Shown one piece after another: positions 40,044 through 49,547 of a stretch of 58,705 nt of DNA. Where the stretch lies: positions 1 through 58,705 of the forward strand of contig CAZLLO010000005.1 of the NCBI GenBank assembly GCA_964560525.1, written 5' to 3'. Under the pieces are notes generated by a model. It searched no databases. It saw only the letters and a program-made list of their open reading frames with translations, and was not told the DNA's origin. Every line of letters begins with the position of its first letter. The first letter of the stretch is position 1. The position numbers and the translations under genes were made by a program. Source of the DNA: an uncultured Candidatus Saccharibacteria bacterium (lineage in GTDB: Bacteria; Patescibacteriota; Dojkabacteria; SC72).

Positions 40044-40615
40044 GGTTTAGGATATTTATACCTATCTTTACCTTTATCCCTTAGGGTGTTTAATGTCCCA
40101 GAGATTTCTTCTAATTTATGTAATCTCTCACTATGTAGACCAATATCTGAATCTAGGTTCTGAATATATTGTATATTACTTTTCATATGTCTTTCCATTG
40201 TAACAACCTTTAAGTTTATGTCTTTTAACATATCTGTATGCGTAGCTACTACTTCCACTAGATTTTCAATCCTTCTATCTATATCACCAAGAACATTAGA
40301 TATCTGTATAAACTTATTATCTTGTTCTGATAATTTTAATAAAATCTTTTTCAACTGTTTGTCGTGTTCGGAAACTTTGTTTTCTAATGTTTCAATTTTC
40401 CTCTCGACAGACTCAAGTCGTTCTTCAATTAAATCAAGTCTATCCTCAACTGAATCAAGTCTATTCTCAACTGAATCAAGTCTATTCTCAACTGAATCCA
40501 GTCTATTCTCAATTGAATCCAGTCTATCCTCAATCAAATCAAGTCTCTTTTCAAGGCTATCAAACTTTGGTTGTAATAACTCTTCAATTTTCTTTAAATC
40601 CTCTTGTGTAAGCAT
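40040..40615 (-). CDS. Coiled-coil protein with tandem heptads
   Basis: RLDSVEN-type repeats; TACAAT 6 nt upstream of the ATG. Confidence 0.75.
   Translation of the reverse strand: MLTQEDLKKIEELLQPKFDSLEKRLDLIEDRLDSIENRLDSVENRLDSVENRLDSVEDRLDLIEERLESVERKIETLENKVSEHDKQLKKILLKLSEQDNKFIQISNVLGDIDRRIENLVEVVATHTDMLKDINLKVVTMERHMKSNIQYIQNLDSDIGLHSERLHKLEEISGTLNTLRDKGKDRYKYPKP
40413..40559. repeat. 21-bp tandem repeat, 7 imperfect copies, in frame
   Basis: Unit TCAAGTCTATTCTCAACTGAA; the copies at 40455 and 40476 are identical. Confidence 0.92.
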
Positions 40616-40638
40616 ATGAATATTGTAATAAATCTTTC

Positions 40639-40842
40639 TTACGTAATCCTTACAATTTTGAAATCTCTAAGACCATCTTCTTTTGCTACAACCAATATAT
40701 TAGAGTAAAGCTGGTCATATGTAATACCCAATGGGTACTTTATCTTGTTCCTATCCAACTGCTTAGTAAGATATTCTAACTTCCTATTCATCAAATCCAT
40801 GCTAAGAGTGATTTTCTTCAAATCCTTAATTGATTGATTCAT
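40639..40842 (-). CDS. Small hypothetical protein
   Basis: 67-aa ORF co-oriented with the heptad gene. Confidence 0.45.
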   Translation of the reverse strand: MNQSIKDLKKITLSMDLMNRKLEYLTKQLDRNKIKYPLGITYDQLYSNILVVAKEDGLRDFKIVRIT

Positions 40843-40956
40843 CGTATTACTCCTAACAATTTATATATTTACACTAAGTATATTCCTCTTCCGAAATATT
40901 TCATGACCGAAAGGTCGGTAACTTTGCCTTGTAATATTTTAAATGTATAATCGATT

Positions 40957-41751
40957 ATGAAATCCATATTTTTAGGAATAGTAGCCTTTTTAACTACTGC
41001 AACTCTTACCCCTCAAACATTAATACAAGATGTCTCTAAAACAAGCAACGATAGGGCTGTATTAGGAACCTCTATGGTAGAAGAGATACAATCGTTAGAA
41101 GTTACACCAGCCAAAACAACAACGAGTACCAGCTCTGGATGGTGGAGATATCCAGAGGATATTAAGATGGTTACTAGAACTGGAGACGATCTTTTAGTGT
41201 TAGTAAACAAAGAATACAAGCTTTCATCTACATATGTACCTTCTGGATTAGTAAGCGCAAGCTCTACTGGTATTAAAAATGGTAGTAACTATATGTTAAG
41301 AAATATAGTTATTAATGATCTCAAGGCGATGGTAAGTGATATGAAGAGTGAGGGGTTGTATCTCAGTATGGTTTCAGGATACAGGTCATACAATACACAG
41401 ATAGGAACATATAACCATTGGTTAAGTTATTACAATGGTAGTGTGGCTTCTGCAGACAAGATTTCTGCTAGAGCAGGGCATAGTCAACATCAATTGGGTA
41501 CTACTGCAGACTTTAGTAGTAGTGAGATAGCTAATGGTTTGTCTAGTACTTTCGCAAATACGAAAGCTAGTGCATGGTTAGTAAAGAATGCTTGGAAGTA
41601 TGGTTTTGTAATTGGTTATCCTGCAGGATATGAAAGCACAACGGGATATAGCTATGAGAGTTGGCATTACAGATATATTGGGAGAGAGAATGCACAGGAG
41701 ATGCATAATAGTGGTATGATTTTAGAGCTATATTTAAGAAGTAAGAATTAG
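40957..41751 (+). CDS. M15B/VanY-like D,D- or L,D-carboxypeptidase, exported
   Basis: SGYRSYNTQ, SARAGHSQHQLGTTADF, YESWHYRYIG; N-terminal hydrophobic leader. Confidence 0.88.
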   Translation: MKSIFLGIVAFLTTATLTPQTLIQDVSKTSNDRAVLGTSMVEEIQSLEVTPAKTTTSTSSGWWRYPEDIKMVTRTGDDLLVLVNKEYKLSSTYVPSGLVSASSTGIKNGSNYMLRNIVINDLKAMVSDMKSEGLYLSMVSGYRSYNTQIGTYNHWLSYYNGSVASADKISARAGHSQHQLGTTADFSSSEIANGLSSTFANTKASAWLVKNAWKYGFVIGYPAGYESTTGYSYESWHYRYIGRENAQEMHNSGMILELYLRSKN

Positions 41752-41755
41752 TTTT

Positions 41756-42394
41756 ATGCAAAAAAAGAATTTCTTTAAAGTTCTAACAAATTATTACACA
41801 TTAATGGGCATAGTTATTCTTTCAGTTGCTATCGTCTTGATATTAATTCCTACTGCACCATATATAGTTTACAAACTTAACCCCTCTGAGACAGATAACG
41901 AGGTAAAGAAGATTACGCTTGCAGTAGAAGAAAATGGTGATATTGATACACAAGCAAATACTAATCAGTTACCAGTACAAGATCTCTCCCTGCCAGAGAC
42001 GCCATATATTAAGATAGATAAGATTGGAGTATTCTCCCCAATATCTACCTCTTCAGACTATATCTCAGCATTGAAGAAAGGATCATGGATTGTACCAGAA
42101 TATGGCACACCTCTAAATGGTAAGAAACCAATTATTATTGCAGCCCATCGTTTTGGATATGTTTATTGGGGTGATGCAATGAGAAAACAAATTTCATTCT
42201 ACAATCTACCTAAAACACATGTTGGAGACCAAATAGATATCATTTGGGACCAGAGAGTATTCACATACAAGATATATCTGGAAGAAGAGAAGACATACCT
42301 TACAGATTATTCTGCAGATTTAATCATTTACACATGTAAATATTTTAACTCTCCAATTAGGATATTTAGGTATGCAAAGTTAGTTACTAACTAA
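41756..42394 (+). CDS. Sortase, second copy
   Basis: N-terminal TM; His (IIAAHR), Cys (LIIYTC) and Arg (PIRIF). Confidence 0.82.
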   Translation: MQKKNFFKVLTNYYTLMGIVILSVAIVLILIPTAPYIVYKLNPSETDNEVKKITLAVEENGDIDTQANTNQLPVQDLSLPETPYIKIDKIGVFSPISTSSDYISALKKGSWIVPEYGTPLNGKKPIIIAAHRFGYVYWGDAMRKQISFYNLPKTHVGDQIDIIWDQRVFTYKIYLEEEKTYLTDYSADLIIYTCKYFNSPIRIFRYAKLVTN

Positions 42395-42416
42395 CTTTAC
42401 GCGTAGTCCTATAGTA

Positions 42417-42445
42417 TTGACCTCTGGCATGATTTTTGCTATAAT
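42417..42445 (+). promoter_or_regulatory. Near-consensus sigma70 promoter
   Basis: TTGACC (42417-42422), 17-nt spacer, TATAAT (42440-42445) with extended -10 TG. Confidence 0.8.
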
Positions 42446-42482
42446 TAAGGCGTAATAATATAAATTCTTATCATTAATAATA

Positions 42483-42713
42483 ATGAAAAAGATTAAGAAT
42501 ATATTACTTAGCACTTTGACATCATTAACTATCTTATCTCTAAATGCTGTTTCAGTATTTGCAGATGGAACAGATCCATATAAACCACATAAACCAATTG
42601 ATACAGGTTTTGCAGATCTTGAGACTTTAGTACTCATAGGAGTAGTACTTTACGCAATAGGTGTTTCATTTATTGCATATTCTCAGTTAATGAAGAAAAA
42701 ATTTGTTAAGTAA
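42483..42713 (+). CDS. Minimal putative sortase substrate
   Basis: Signal peptide ending VFA, then DGTDPYKPHKPIDT|G, hydrophobic helix and KKKFVK tail; own promoter and terminator. Confidence 0.75.
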   Translation: MKKIKNILLSTLTSLTILSLNAVSVFADGTDPYKPHKPIDTGFADLETLVLIGVVLYAIGVSFIAYSQLMKKKFVK

Positions 42714-42719
42714 ATAGCG

Positions 42720-42745
42720 AAAGACCCTCGAAAGAGGGTCTTTTT
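42720..42745 (+). terminator. Intrinsic terminator
   Basis: AAAGACCCTC-GAAA-GAGGGTCTTTTT. Confidence 0.88.
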
Positions 42746-42778
42746 GTTTAAATCCTGTTTTTTTGTTAGAATTACACC

Positions 42779-44383
42779 ATGATTAACTGCCTCAAAAAAA
42801 ATCTTTCTGTCATCATTGTTGGACTAATTGCATTAGCATTAATATATCTCAATATTAAGCTAAACTATATAATAATGGGGGCAGACAATGCTTCTCCATA
42901 TTTCAATCCAGTTGCGATATTAAACAGAATCAAGGATACTTCTTCTGTAATATACGGAGGTATTGTATTTCAAGTACCATTTCTACAAACACTAAAAATC
43001 GCAGGTTTAACACCAGCTGTAATCTCTAATGTCTATGTATTTACTAATTTCTTCTTTGGGGTAATAGGGATAGCTCTGATAATAAAACAACAAACAAAGA
43101 ATATTTGGGCAACACTAATAGGTTCAATCATATTTATTACTAGCTTATTCACATTCTTCATATTCTCACAACCCAATTTCCTATTCGTAGCTGCATATGG
43201 ATCAATACCATTACTCATATACATTCTCTCCAGAAGTAAACTTCGTTGGTATCATTGGGTATTTTTAGTAATATTTTCAATATCTTTCCTGACAACAACT
43301 CTTAACATTGTAGCTTTTGGATTCTATTTAATCCAAGTCCTAGTTATATCTCAGATTTTGTTAAAGGATAAATCCAAATGGAAAAGAAATCTTCTCTGGG
43401 GTGGAATACTAATAGCTATCTGGATGTTAACAATACAGTGTGTTATGTATTTCAATTCTGACACGAAACTTTTCATTGTAAATATCTTTAACTATACAAA
43501 AGAGTTACTAACCAACGCATACATGCCAACTGTTACATCAGGCATTATAGCTTCTGAAAAAACAAACTCCTTGGTTAGGACAATGCAATTTGCACTGGGG
43601 TGGATGGAATTACATAATTCAAGAAATCAAACATTATTCCAATTCTATACTACATACAGGGAAAATATCTTGTTCACACTGATTGGAATACTACCTTTCA
43701 TGCTTTCTTTCTTGGTCATTATATTTAAAAGAAGTAAGAAATACATATTACTTCTCTTAATACTTTTTCTCTTTATCTTCGTATGTAGTGGTATTGGCAT
43801 GGGATTGATTGAGAAGATTCCATATCTCAGCAGTATCCTACGTTGGGCTTCAAGCAAATTATGGCCTATGTATGTAATACCAATCACAGTATTGCCCGCG
43901 ATAGTTGTAAAACAGATAATCAAAGGGAAAGGTCTACTACTTAAGAACCTTCTGTTGACACCCTTAGTATTACTATTCATCCTCTATGGATATCCTGTTT
44001 TAAATGGTCACCTAATTTCAGCAAAGATGTGGGTTGATATTCCTAAAGAGTATTTTGATATTCCTTCGGATTCAAAGATTTTAATACTTCCACATGCTCA
44101 AAGTCTTTACATGAGAGATTTTGATTGGGGATACTACGGTTCAGATTTTCTTTCATATACAAGTAATTCACAAATTGTTGATGGAGCAAATATGTATGAA
44201 TACTCCACAGAGTATGAGAATATTTTTGAAACAGGAGTAATTCCAGATGACATTGATTATGTTATCTACAATACCTCTGCAGAATCTTTCTTAGACGAAG
44301 ATTTAAAGAACAAAAGTATTCAATTAACTCAAGATCTTCCCGTTATTAATTCAAACCAGTACTTTACTATATATGAGAAATAA
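42779..44383 (+). CDS. Multi-TM protein, putative GT-C-type glycosyltransferase
   Basis: About 12 hydrophobic segments, acidic loop after TM1 (GADNASPYF) and a soluble C-terminal domain. Confidence 0.55.
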   Translation: MINCLKKNLSVIIVGLIALALIYLNIKLNYIIMGADNASPYFNPVAILNRIKDTSSVIYGGIVFQVPFLQTLKIAGLTPAVISNVYVFTNFFFGVIGIALIIKQQTKNIWATLIGSIIFITSLFTFFIFSQPNFLFVAAYGSIPLLIYILSRSKLRWYHWVFLVIFSISFLTTTLNIVAFGFYLIQVLVISQILLKDKSKWKRNLLWGGILIAIWMLTIQCVMYFNSDTKLFIVNIFNYTKELLTNAYMPTVTSGIIASEKTNSLVRTMQFALGWMELHNSRNQTLFQFYTTYRENILFTLIGILPFMLSFLVIIFKRSKKYILLLLILFLFIFVCSGIGMGLIEKIPYLSSILRWASSKLWPMYVIPITVLPAIVVKQIIKGKGLLLKNLLLTPLVLLFILYGYPVLNGHLISAKMWVDIPKEYFDIPSDSKILILPHAQSLYMRDFDWGYYGSDFLSYTSNSQIVDGANMYEYSTEYENIFETGVIPDDIDYVIYNTSAESFLDEDLKNKSIQLTQDLPVINSNQYFTIYEK

Positions 44384-45488
44384 CATTGTAATAATGGCAT
44401 GGAGAGATGTCTGGCACCCTGAAAAGGGCGGTGCGGATCTCTACATAAATAGAGTAGCCCTATATTTAAAAAATCGTGGCTATCATGTCACATATCTTAC
44501 TGCTTTGTACAAAGGCGCTAAAAAAAGAGAGACTAGGAAAGATATAGAGTTTATAAGGATGGGCAATGCTATAACGATATATCTTCTACTTCCACTGTAT
44601 TTCATATTCAAACTCAGGAAGACAACAGGTTTACTCATTGAAAATTTCAATGCTGTTCCTTTTAACATCCCTTTGTATTTCAAAAAGAATATTACAGTTG
44701 TTCATCACTTACAGGATGAGGAGTGGAAGCTTAAATATGGTAAGTTTCTCGGGAAGATCTTCCATAATGTCTTTACTTTTCTCTTTGTAAAAAATTACAA
44801 ACGTCAACCATATATCGTAACTGTCTCTCCATCATCTAGACAGGAATTAATCGACCATGGTTTTAAGCCTCAAAATGTTAGCATTGTATACAACGGTATT
44901 AATACCAAAATTAATAGAAATGCTCAAAAAGAGAACTCTATTATCAAAATCCTCTCACACGGAAGAATGCCTCGAACAAAGCATATAGATAAAGCGATTA
45001 AGCTAATAAACTACACAGTAAAAAAACTTGGGATAAAGAATATTATCCTAAAAATCTCTGGAAGAGGAGCAGACGAGGAGAGACTAAAAGGGTTAGTAAA
45101 GAAATATCAATTAGAAGAATATGTGAAATTCCTTGGCTTTACAACAGATAATGAAAGGGCAAGGCTATTTGAGGAAGCACATTTACATGTACAGTTCTCC
45201 AAAAAAGAGGGGTGGGGTACTACGGTCTTAGAAGCATCCTCTAAGGGAACACCAACAATTTGCTATCCTGTCCAAGGACTCCGAGATAGTGTAAAAGAAA
45301 ATACTGGGTACCTTGTAAAAGGTTCGCTAAGGAAAACTTGGACTCAAGCTTTACACGAAATTATGACAAATGATCCTAACTATGTATCAAAGCAGATGAA
45401 TGGAATTACCTGGGCTTCTCAGTTCAGATGGAGAAATCAGCTAGACAATTTCTACCAAATAGTACTAAAAGCATTAGTACAAGATTAA
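44373..45488 (+). CDS. Glycosyltransferase family 4 (GT-B)
   Basis: WRDVWHPEKGGAD, GRMPRTKHID, KEGWGTTVLEA. Confidence 0.9.
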   Translation: MRNNIVIMAWRDVWHPEKGGADLYINRVALYLKNRGYHVTYLTALYKGAKKRETRKDIEFIRMGNAITIYLLLPLYFIFKLRKTTGLLIENFNAVPFNIPLYFKKNITVVHHLQDEEWKLKYGKFLGKIFHNVFTFLFVKNYKRQPYIVTVSPSSRQELIDHGFKPQNVSIVYNGINTKINRNAQKENSIIKILSHGRMPRTKHIDKAIKLINYTVKKLGIKNIILKISGRGADEERLKGLVKKYQLEEYVKFLGFTTDNERARLFEEAHLHVQFSKKEGWGTTVLEASSKGTPTICYPVQGLRDSVKENTGYLVKGSLRKTWTQALHEIMTNDPNYVSKQMNGITWASQFRWRNQLDNFYQIVLKALVQD

Positions 45489-48341
45489 AAGCATTCCAAC
45501 AACTAAGACTCCAAATACAAACAACATAAGGGAGAATAGATTATCCATACCTACGAACCAAATATCTGTGTTTTGATTGTATATAGATACATTCTGGAAT
45601 AGGTTGGTGCTCATAATATTTCCACCGTTAGTAGAAAGTAAATACTCTGAGTTGTAATTGCGAATATACAAGCTAGAACTGTCCAAGCAGTTTGTGTTTA
45701 AAGTAAGCTTTGGGAAGATTCCCGCCTGATACCCAGAAGTCGAAATATTACAACTATCTTTGTAGATAGAAAGCTTATTAGAAACAACCATTCCCGTTTC
45801 AGGAATATCAATTGTGCTAATTGTTGCAACTTTGTTCTTTAATGTAGCCAACACACTTTGCGGTAAAACGACTATCCCTCCAAAGCTAACAAATCCTCCT
45901 TCATTTTTCATACTCAACTTTATATTCTCATGATACTTAAGATCTACGGCACCTAAATCAACCCACTTGTATTGCTCAAAATCACTCTTCGTATCTATTT
46001 CAAAACTTTTTCCATTCACCCCAATGCTTAGCTTCCCTCCAATGTGATTGTACAGAACATATGCAAAGACCTCACAGCTACCACTACACACTGATTCTTG
46101 TTCAAAGGATGCTTGAGAGACTACATATGGATTATTATTCTCTACAGACCTCTTAAACGGCTTGTCCGAATATACAACCTTGTCTACAGTATTAAAATTC
46201 CAAGCATGAATATCATAATTTCTAAATACATTGTGTAACTCACCATTCACCTTGTCATAGTATGATGCTCGTCCCCAATCTAACCCTAAACCATAGTCAA
46301 AGACATAATCATATAGATAATATCCATAATGCACTTGATCTTCCTTAGATAGGAAATCCATGAAGTAGTTATCATCACTATCATACTTCAGAAATACATT
46401 TGTATTTTGACCAGCTTCACAATCCTTGACATTCTCTTCAAAGCCACAGAATCGAACATCGTAGTTTTCAAGGATATTGGAATCTAAATGTTCGAGGATA
46501 TTAAATGATTCATATGTATATATGGAATTTAGCTTATTCCCAACAACGCTACTAAAACTCTTGTTTTTAAACACAACATAGAAATCATTATCTAAAACAC
46601 TTTCGAAATCTGCACTTTGCTCTAGATACAGATATACGGGATATATGATATCTGAGCGAACATAGTCCTCAGAGAGATTAATGGGAACTGCATCCTTTCT
46701 AATTATTACATACTTAACACCAGCATCTGCCAATGTATTTGAGATCTCAGATAAAGAATCTCTTTCCTCAAAAAGATAATCTGTCATCATACCTTGCGAG
46801 GTTTTTCCATTTGGTATAACACTACTAATATCAACCGAGGACTTAGGAGAATTGTATACAATCAGTTTGTATTCTTCGGAATCTGCAATACTAAATTTGT
46901 CCGCCATCCAAGAAATAGAGTAAGCATCTACCTGAGGGTAGTAGAATACACTGTAATAGTCATTGTCTTTCTCTAATAAGGAGTAAACTTCTTTGATGCT
47001 CCCATCTATCTCTATTGGCTTGAGATATCCAAAGAATTTAACATTAACAGCAAAAAGATAGACTGCAAAAGGTATAAATATAGCTGGAAATACAACTATC
47101 TTAAGAATATGATTAAGCTTCCCTTGCAAAAGAATACTTTCAAAGAGAGAATATGCACCTAAAGCAAAAAGTATAAACATCCAGAAATACCAAAGAAATG
47201 ACAACCTATTTATCTCCCTAAATACCCATCCTAGTGGTGAATATACTAAGAAATTAAATAGGGCATCATGGAATGGGAATATATCTAAAACAAGCAATGG
47301 AGCAGTTAAGAGCAATACAATAATTGGAATAGCATATTGTATTTTAATATGTCTTACCAGTCCATATATTGCTACTACATAAAAAACAATACATCCCAAA
47401 ATCTGAATAATATATATTGTAGAACCAGAGTCTAAGACACCAAGATTTGATTGATTAACAAACCAATCTCCTTGCCCCAAAAGGAAATTCGTCAAAGTTG
47501 TACCCTGAGAAAGCATTGATATCATTGTATTGTTTACCACGTATCCTGGGGTAGGAGAGCCACTTAAGAAATACGGTACTAACCAGTATAGATTGGTAAC
47601 AATAACCAATATTCCTGCAATCAAGATATTAAGAAAAGGATAGAGTATTTGTTTGAGACTTTTTAAGCTAAATACAAATTTGAATATGAAAAATACTGCA
47701 AATGTAAACAAATCAAATACTAAAATATTGGGTGTTGTTAAACCAAAAAACATTGAAAGTACAAAGAGTACAATAATCTTGAAGTCTATTTTCTCTGTAT
47801 TGAGTAATTTCAAAAAGAGATATATCTGAATAGGGTAGAAAATGCTCATGTAAAAGAGATGGAGCTGTGATACACGGTATGTATAGAAAGGGATAAAGCA
47901 ATACAGAAGTGCAATTATCAATGCCCATATATATATTCCTCCTTGTTTCTCTACGTTATTTTTACAAAAAAGTTTTACTAATTTTGGTGCTAAGAAATAT
48001 ATTGTTGTATATGCACCGGTAAAGAGTAGGGTTATGGCTATTTTGATTACAACCTCGTTGCCCATTCCAAGTGCTTTGAATGGTAAGAATATGAGATATA
48101 TTAAGGAGACTAATGGTAGTCTATCTCTTAACCCAACATTACTAGCATCCCATGATGTAAAGAGTTTGAAGTATTGTCCAAATGGATCTCTAAAATCAAA
48201 TGCTCCACTTAGATCCCAATAATAGATATAGCCTGGATGTCTAAGGATTGTGAAATAGAGGAGGGCTGATATTAATACTAATCCTATTAGGTAGAAGAAT
48301 AGCTTTTTACGATTTCTAAAATAGAAAGATGAGATAGGCAT
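45474..48341 (-). CDS. Large multi-TM protein, putative GT-C-type glycosyltransferase with an extracellular domain
   Basis: N-terminal TM bundle with YYWDLSGAFD loop, FREINR, GVKYVIIRKD; large soluble region and C-terminal TM. Confidence 0.55.
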   Translation of the reverse strand: MPISSFYFRNRKKLFFYLIGLVLISALLYFTILRHPGYIYYWDLSGAFDFRDPFGQYFKLFTSWDASNVGLRDRLPLVSLIYLIFLPFKALGMGNEVVIKIAITLLFTGAYTTIYFLAPKLVKLFCKNNVEKQGGIYIWALIIALLYCFIPFYTYRVSQLHLFYMSIFYPIQIYLFLKLLNTEKIDFKIIVLFVLSMFFGLTTPNILVFDLFTFAVFFIFKFVFSLKSLKQILYPFLNILIAGILVIVTNLYWLVPYFLSGSPTPGYVVNNTMISMLSQGTTLTNFLLGQGDWFVNQSNLGVLDSGSTIYIIQILGCIVFYVVAIYGLVRHIKIQYAIPIIVLLLTAPLLVLDIFPFHDALFNFLVYSPLGWVFREINRLSFLWYFWMFILFALGAYSLFESILLQGKLNHILKIVVFPAIFIPFAVYLFAVNVKFFGYLKPIEIDGSIKEVYSLLEKDNDYYSVFYYPQVDAYSISWMADKFSIADSEEYKLIVYNSPKSSVDISSVIPNGKTSQGMMTDYLFEERDSLSEISNTLADAGVKYVIIRKDAVPINLSEDYVRSDIIYPVYLYLEQSADFESVLDNDFYVVFKNKSFSSVVGNKLNSIYTYESFNILEHLDSNILENYDVRFCGFEENVKDCEAGQNTNVFLKYDSDDNYFMDFLSKEDQVHYGYYLYDYVFDYGLGLDWGRASYYDKVNGELHNVFRNYDIHAWNFNTVDKVVYSDKPFKRSVENNNPYVVSQASFEQESVCSGSCEVFAYVLYNHIGGKLSIGVNGKSFEIDTKSDFEQYKWVDLGAVDLKYHENIKLSMKNEGGFVSFGGIVVLPQSVLATLKNKVATISTIDIPETGMVVSNKLSIYKDSCNISTSGYQAGIFPKLTLNTNCLDSSSLYIRNYNSEYLLSTNGGNIMSTNLFQNVSIYNQNTDIWFVGMDNLFSLMLFVFGVLVVGMLLILY

Positions 48342-48459
48342 ATCTCATTATATATATTTATGTTTGTTTTGGATATATGAAAGGAGGAACTTATTTATAA
48401 ATAGGAACTAAAAATAAATAAGTATTATTTACTTTTATATTATTATTTATGAATAGGGT

Positions 48460-48527
48460 GGTAGACGGGGGTCAGGATTAAGAACTCAATAAAGAGTAAT
48501 GTTAATTATCCTGACCCGCCGTATACC
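48460..48527. other. Long imperfect hairpin
   Basis: GGGTCAGGAT (48469-48478) / ATCCTGACCC (48508-48517), flanked by ACGG/CCGT, with an inner ACTC/GAGT stem. Confidence 0.75.
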
Positions 48528-48578
48528 GATGGAACTTTTTGAAACTTTTGTTTCTGTTACTTAGGCTCCGGGTGAAGT

Positions 48579-49154
48579 CTATTGACGAGTTGGCATCTCT
48601 GTCAACTTAAAACCATAGACATGGACTCTGCTGATATAAGGGCTTGCGCTCTTAATTTCTGCATAGGTCTTACGACCAAATTCGCCACCTTCAGGACCGC
48701 TTACGAACCACGTGTCGTTGTAACCAGCATCAGAAAAGATTTTGAGTAAATCCTCATAGTCTTTCTGACTAATAGCATCGGTTACATCTCCGGGGAAGAC
48801 CCATGAGCAACGACTCTCATCCACCTGCCATTCAATGCGTGTGGGAGAATCTGAACCCCATTGGTCAGCCCAATCCTGAATCTTTTGCCATGTTGCATCG
48901 TCGATTTTATCGAAACAGGCCCGAGGGTCTAGCTTCGCATTATCAACAATCAACTGGTTGCTGTGGCTCACTGCTGTGATATGCCAATCATTATTGGAAG
49001 GATCTGAAGGTCCAGAACCCCCTTTGACATACTCAACAGCCTTGGCCCAAGAAAGCCCAGTGAGTTTCTTCAACTCGGCTTTTGTGTCACAAGCGGACAA
49101 CACAACCATTGAAAAGATAGTTACCAATACAACAACCAACATATTTTTTTTCAT
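48579..49154 (-). CDS. Hypothetical lipoprotein
   Basis: MKK, hydrophobic stretch and LSA|C lipobox; SD GAGGAG; elevated GC. Confidence 0.8.
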   Translation of the reverse strand: MKKNMLVVVLVTIFSMVVLSACDTKAELKKLTGLSWAKAVEYVKGGSGPSDPSNNDWHITAVSHSNQLIVDNAKLDPRACFDKIDDATWQKIQDWADQWGSDSPTRIEWQVDESRCSWVFPGDVTDAISQKDYEDLLKIFSDAGYNDTWFVSGPEGGEFGRKTYAEIKSASPYISRVHVYGFKLTEMPTRQ

Positions 49155-49167
49155 TTTAATTCTCCTC

Positions 49168-49511
49168 GAGAGATACTCTCTGAAATTTTTATTGAAGCTT
49201 TTGGCCTCACCCGTATCAATCGTTCATATGTATGAAAGACTAATATGGGTGAAGTAATTACTTCTAAATATGTTGTTACTTAGTTTCTTTTTCCATCGGT
49301 GAATATATATTAAGTAATACTGAGATATCGATAAAGATATACTCATTACAATAATATGTATTCGTTTTTAATGAACTTTGTCTCTTAAAGAGACATAATA
49401 ATAAATAATGAATATTTACTAATATGTTTCCTTAGTTAACGCCCTTAAGAATACAAATCTCTTTATATTCTTAAGTACATCCAGAGCGGTAAAAAGTTTC
49501 TACCGCTCTGG
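49168..49511. other. Hairpin-dense intergenic region, candidate structured RNA; includes a probable terminator at 49481-49511
   Basis: Stems at 49168-49180, 49205-49254, about 49305-49359, 49379-49395, 49393-49427, 49444-49475 and 49481-49511. Confidence 0.5.
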
Positions 49512-49547
49512 TAAGGATGTACAGTGTTACTGTGTTATTGGTGTTTA

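Noticed and set aside
40413-40559. Possible CRISPR array
   Set aside because: The units are contiguous with no spacers, keep the reading frame as heptads, and no cas genes are present
40905-40916. GACC-GAAA-GGTC hairpin as part of a riboswitch
   Set aside because: Only a 4-bp stem, with no supporting surrounding structure recognised
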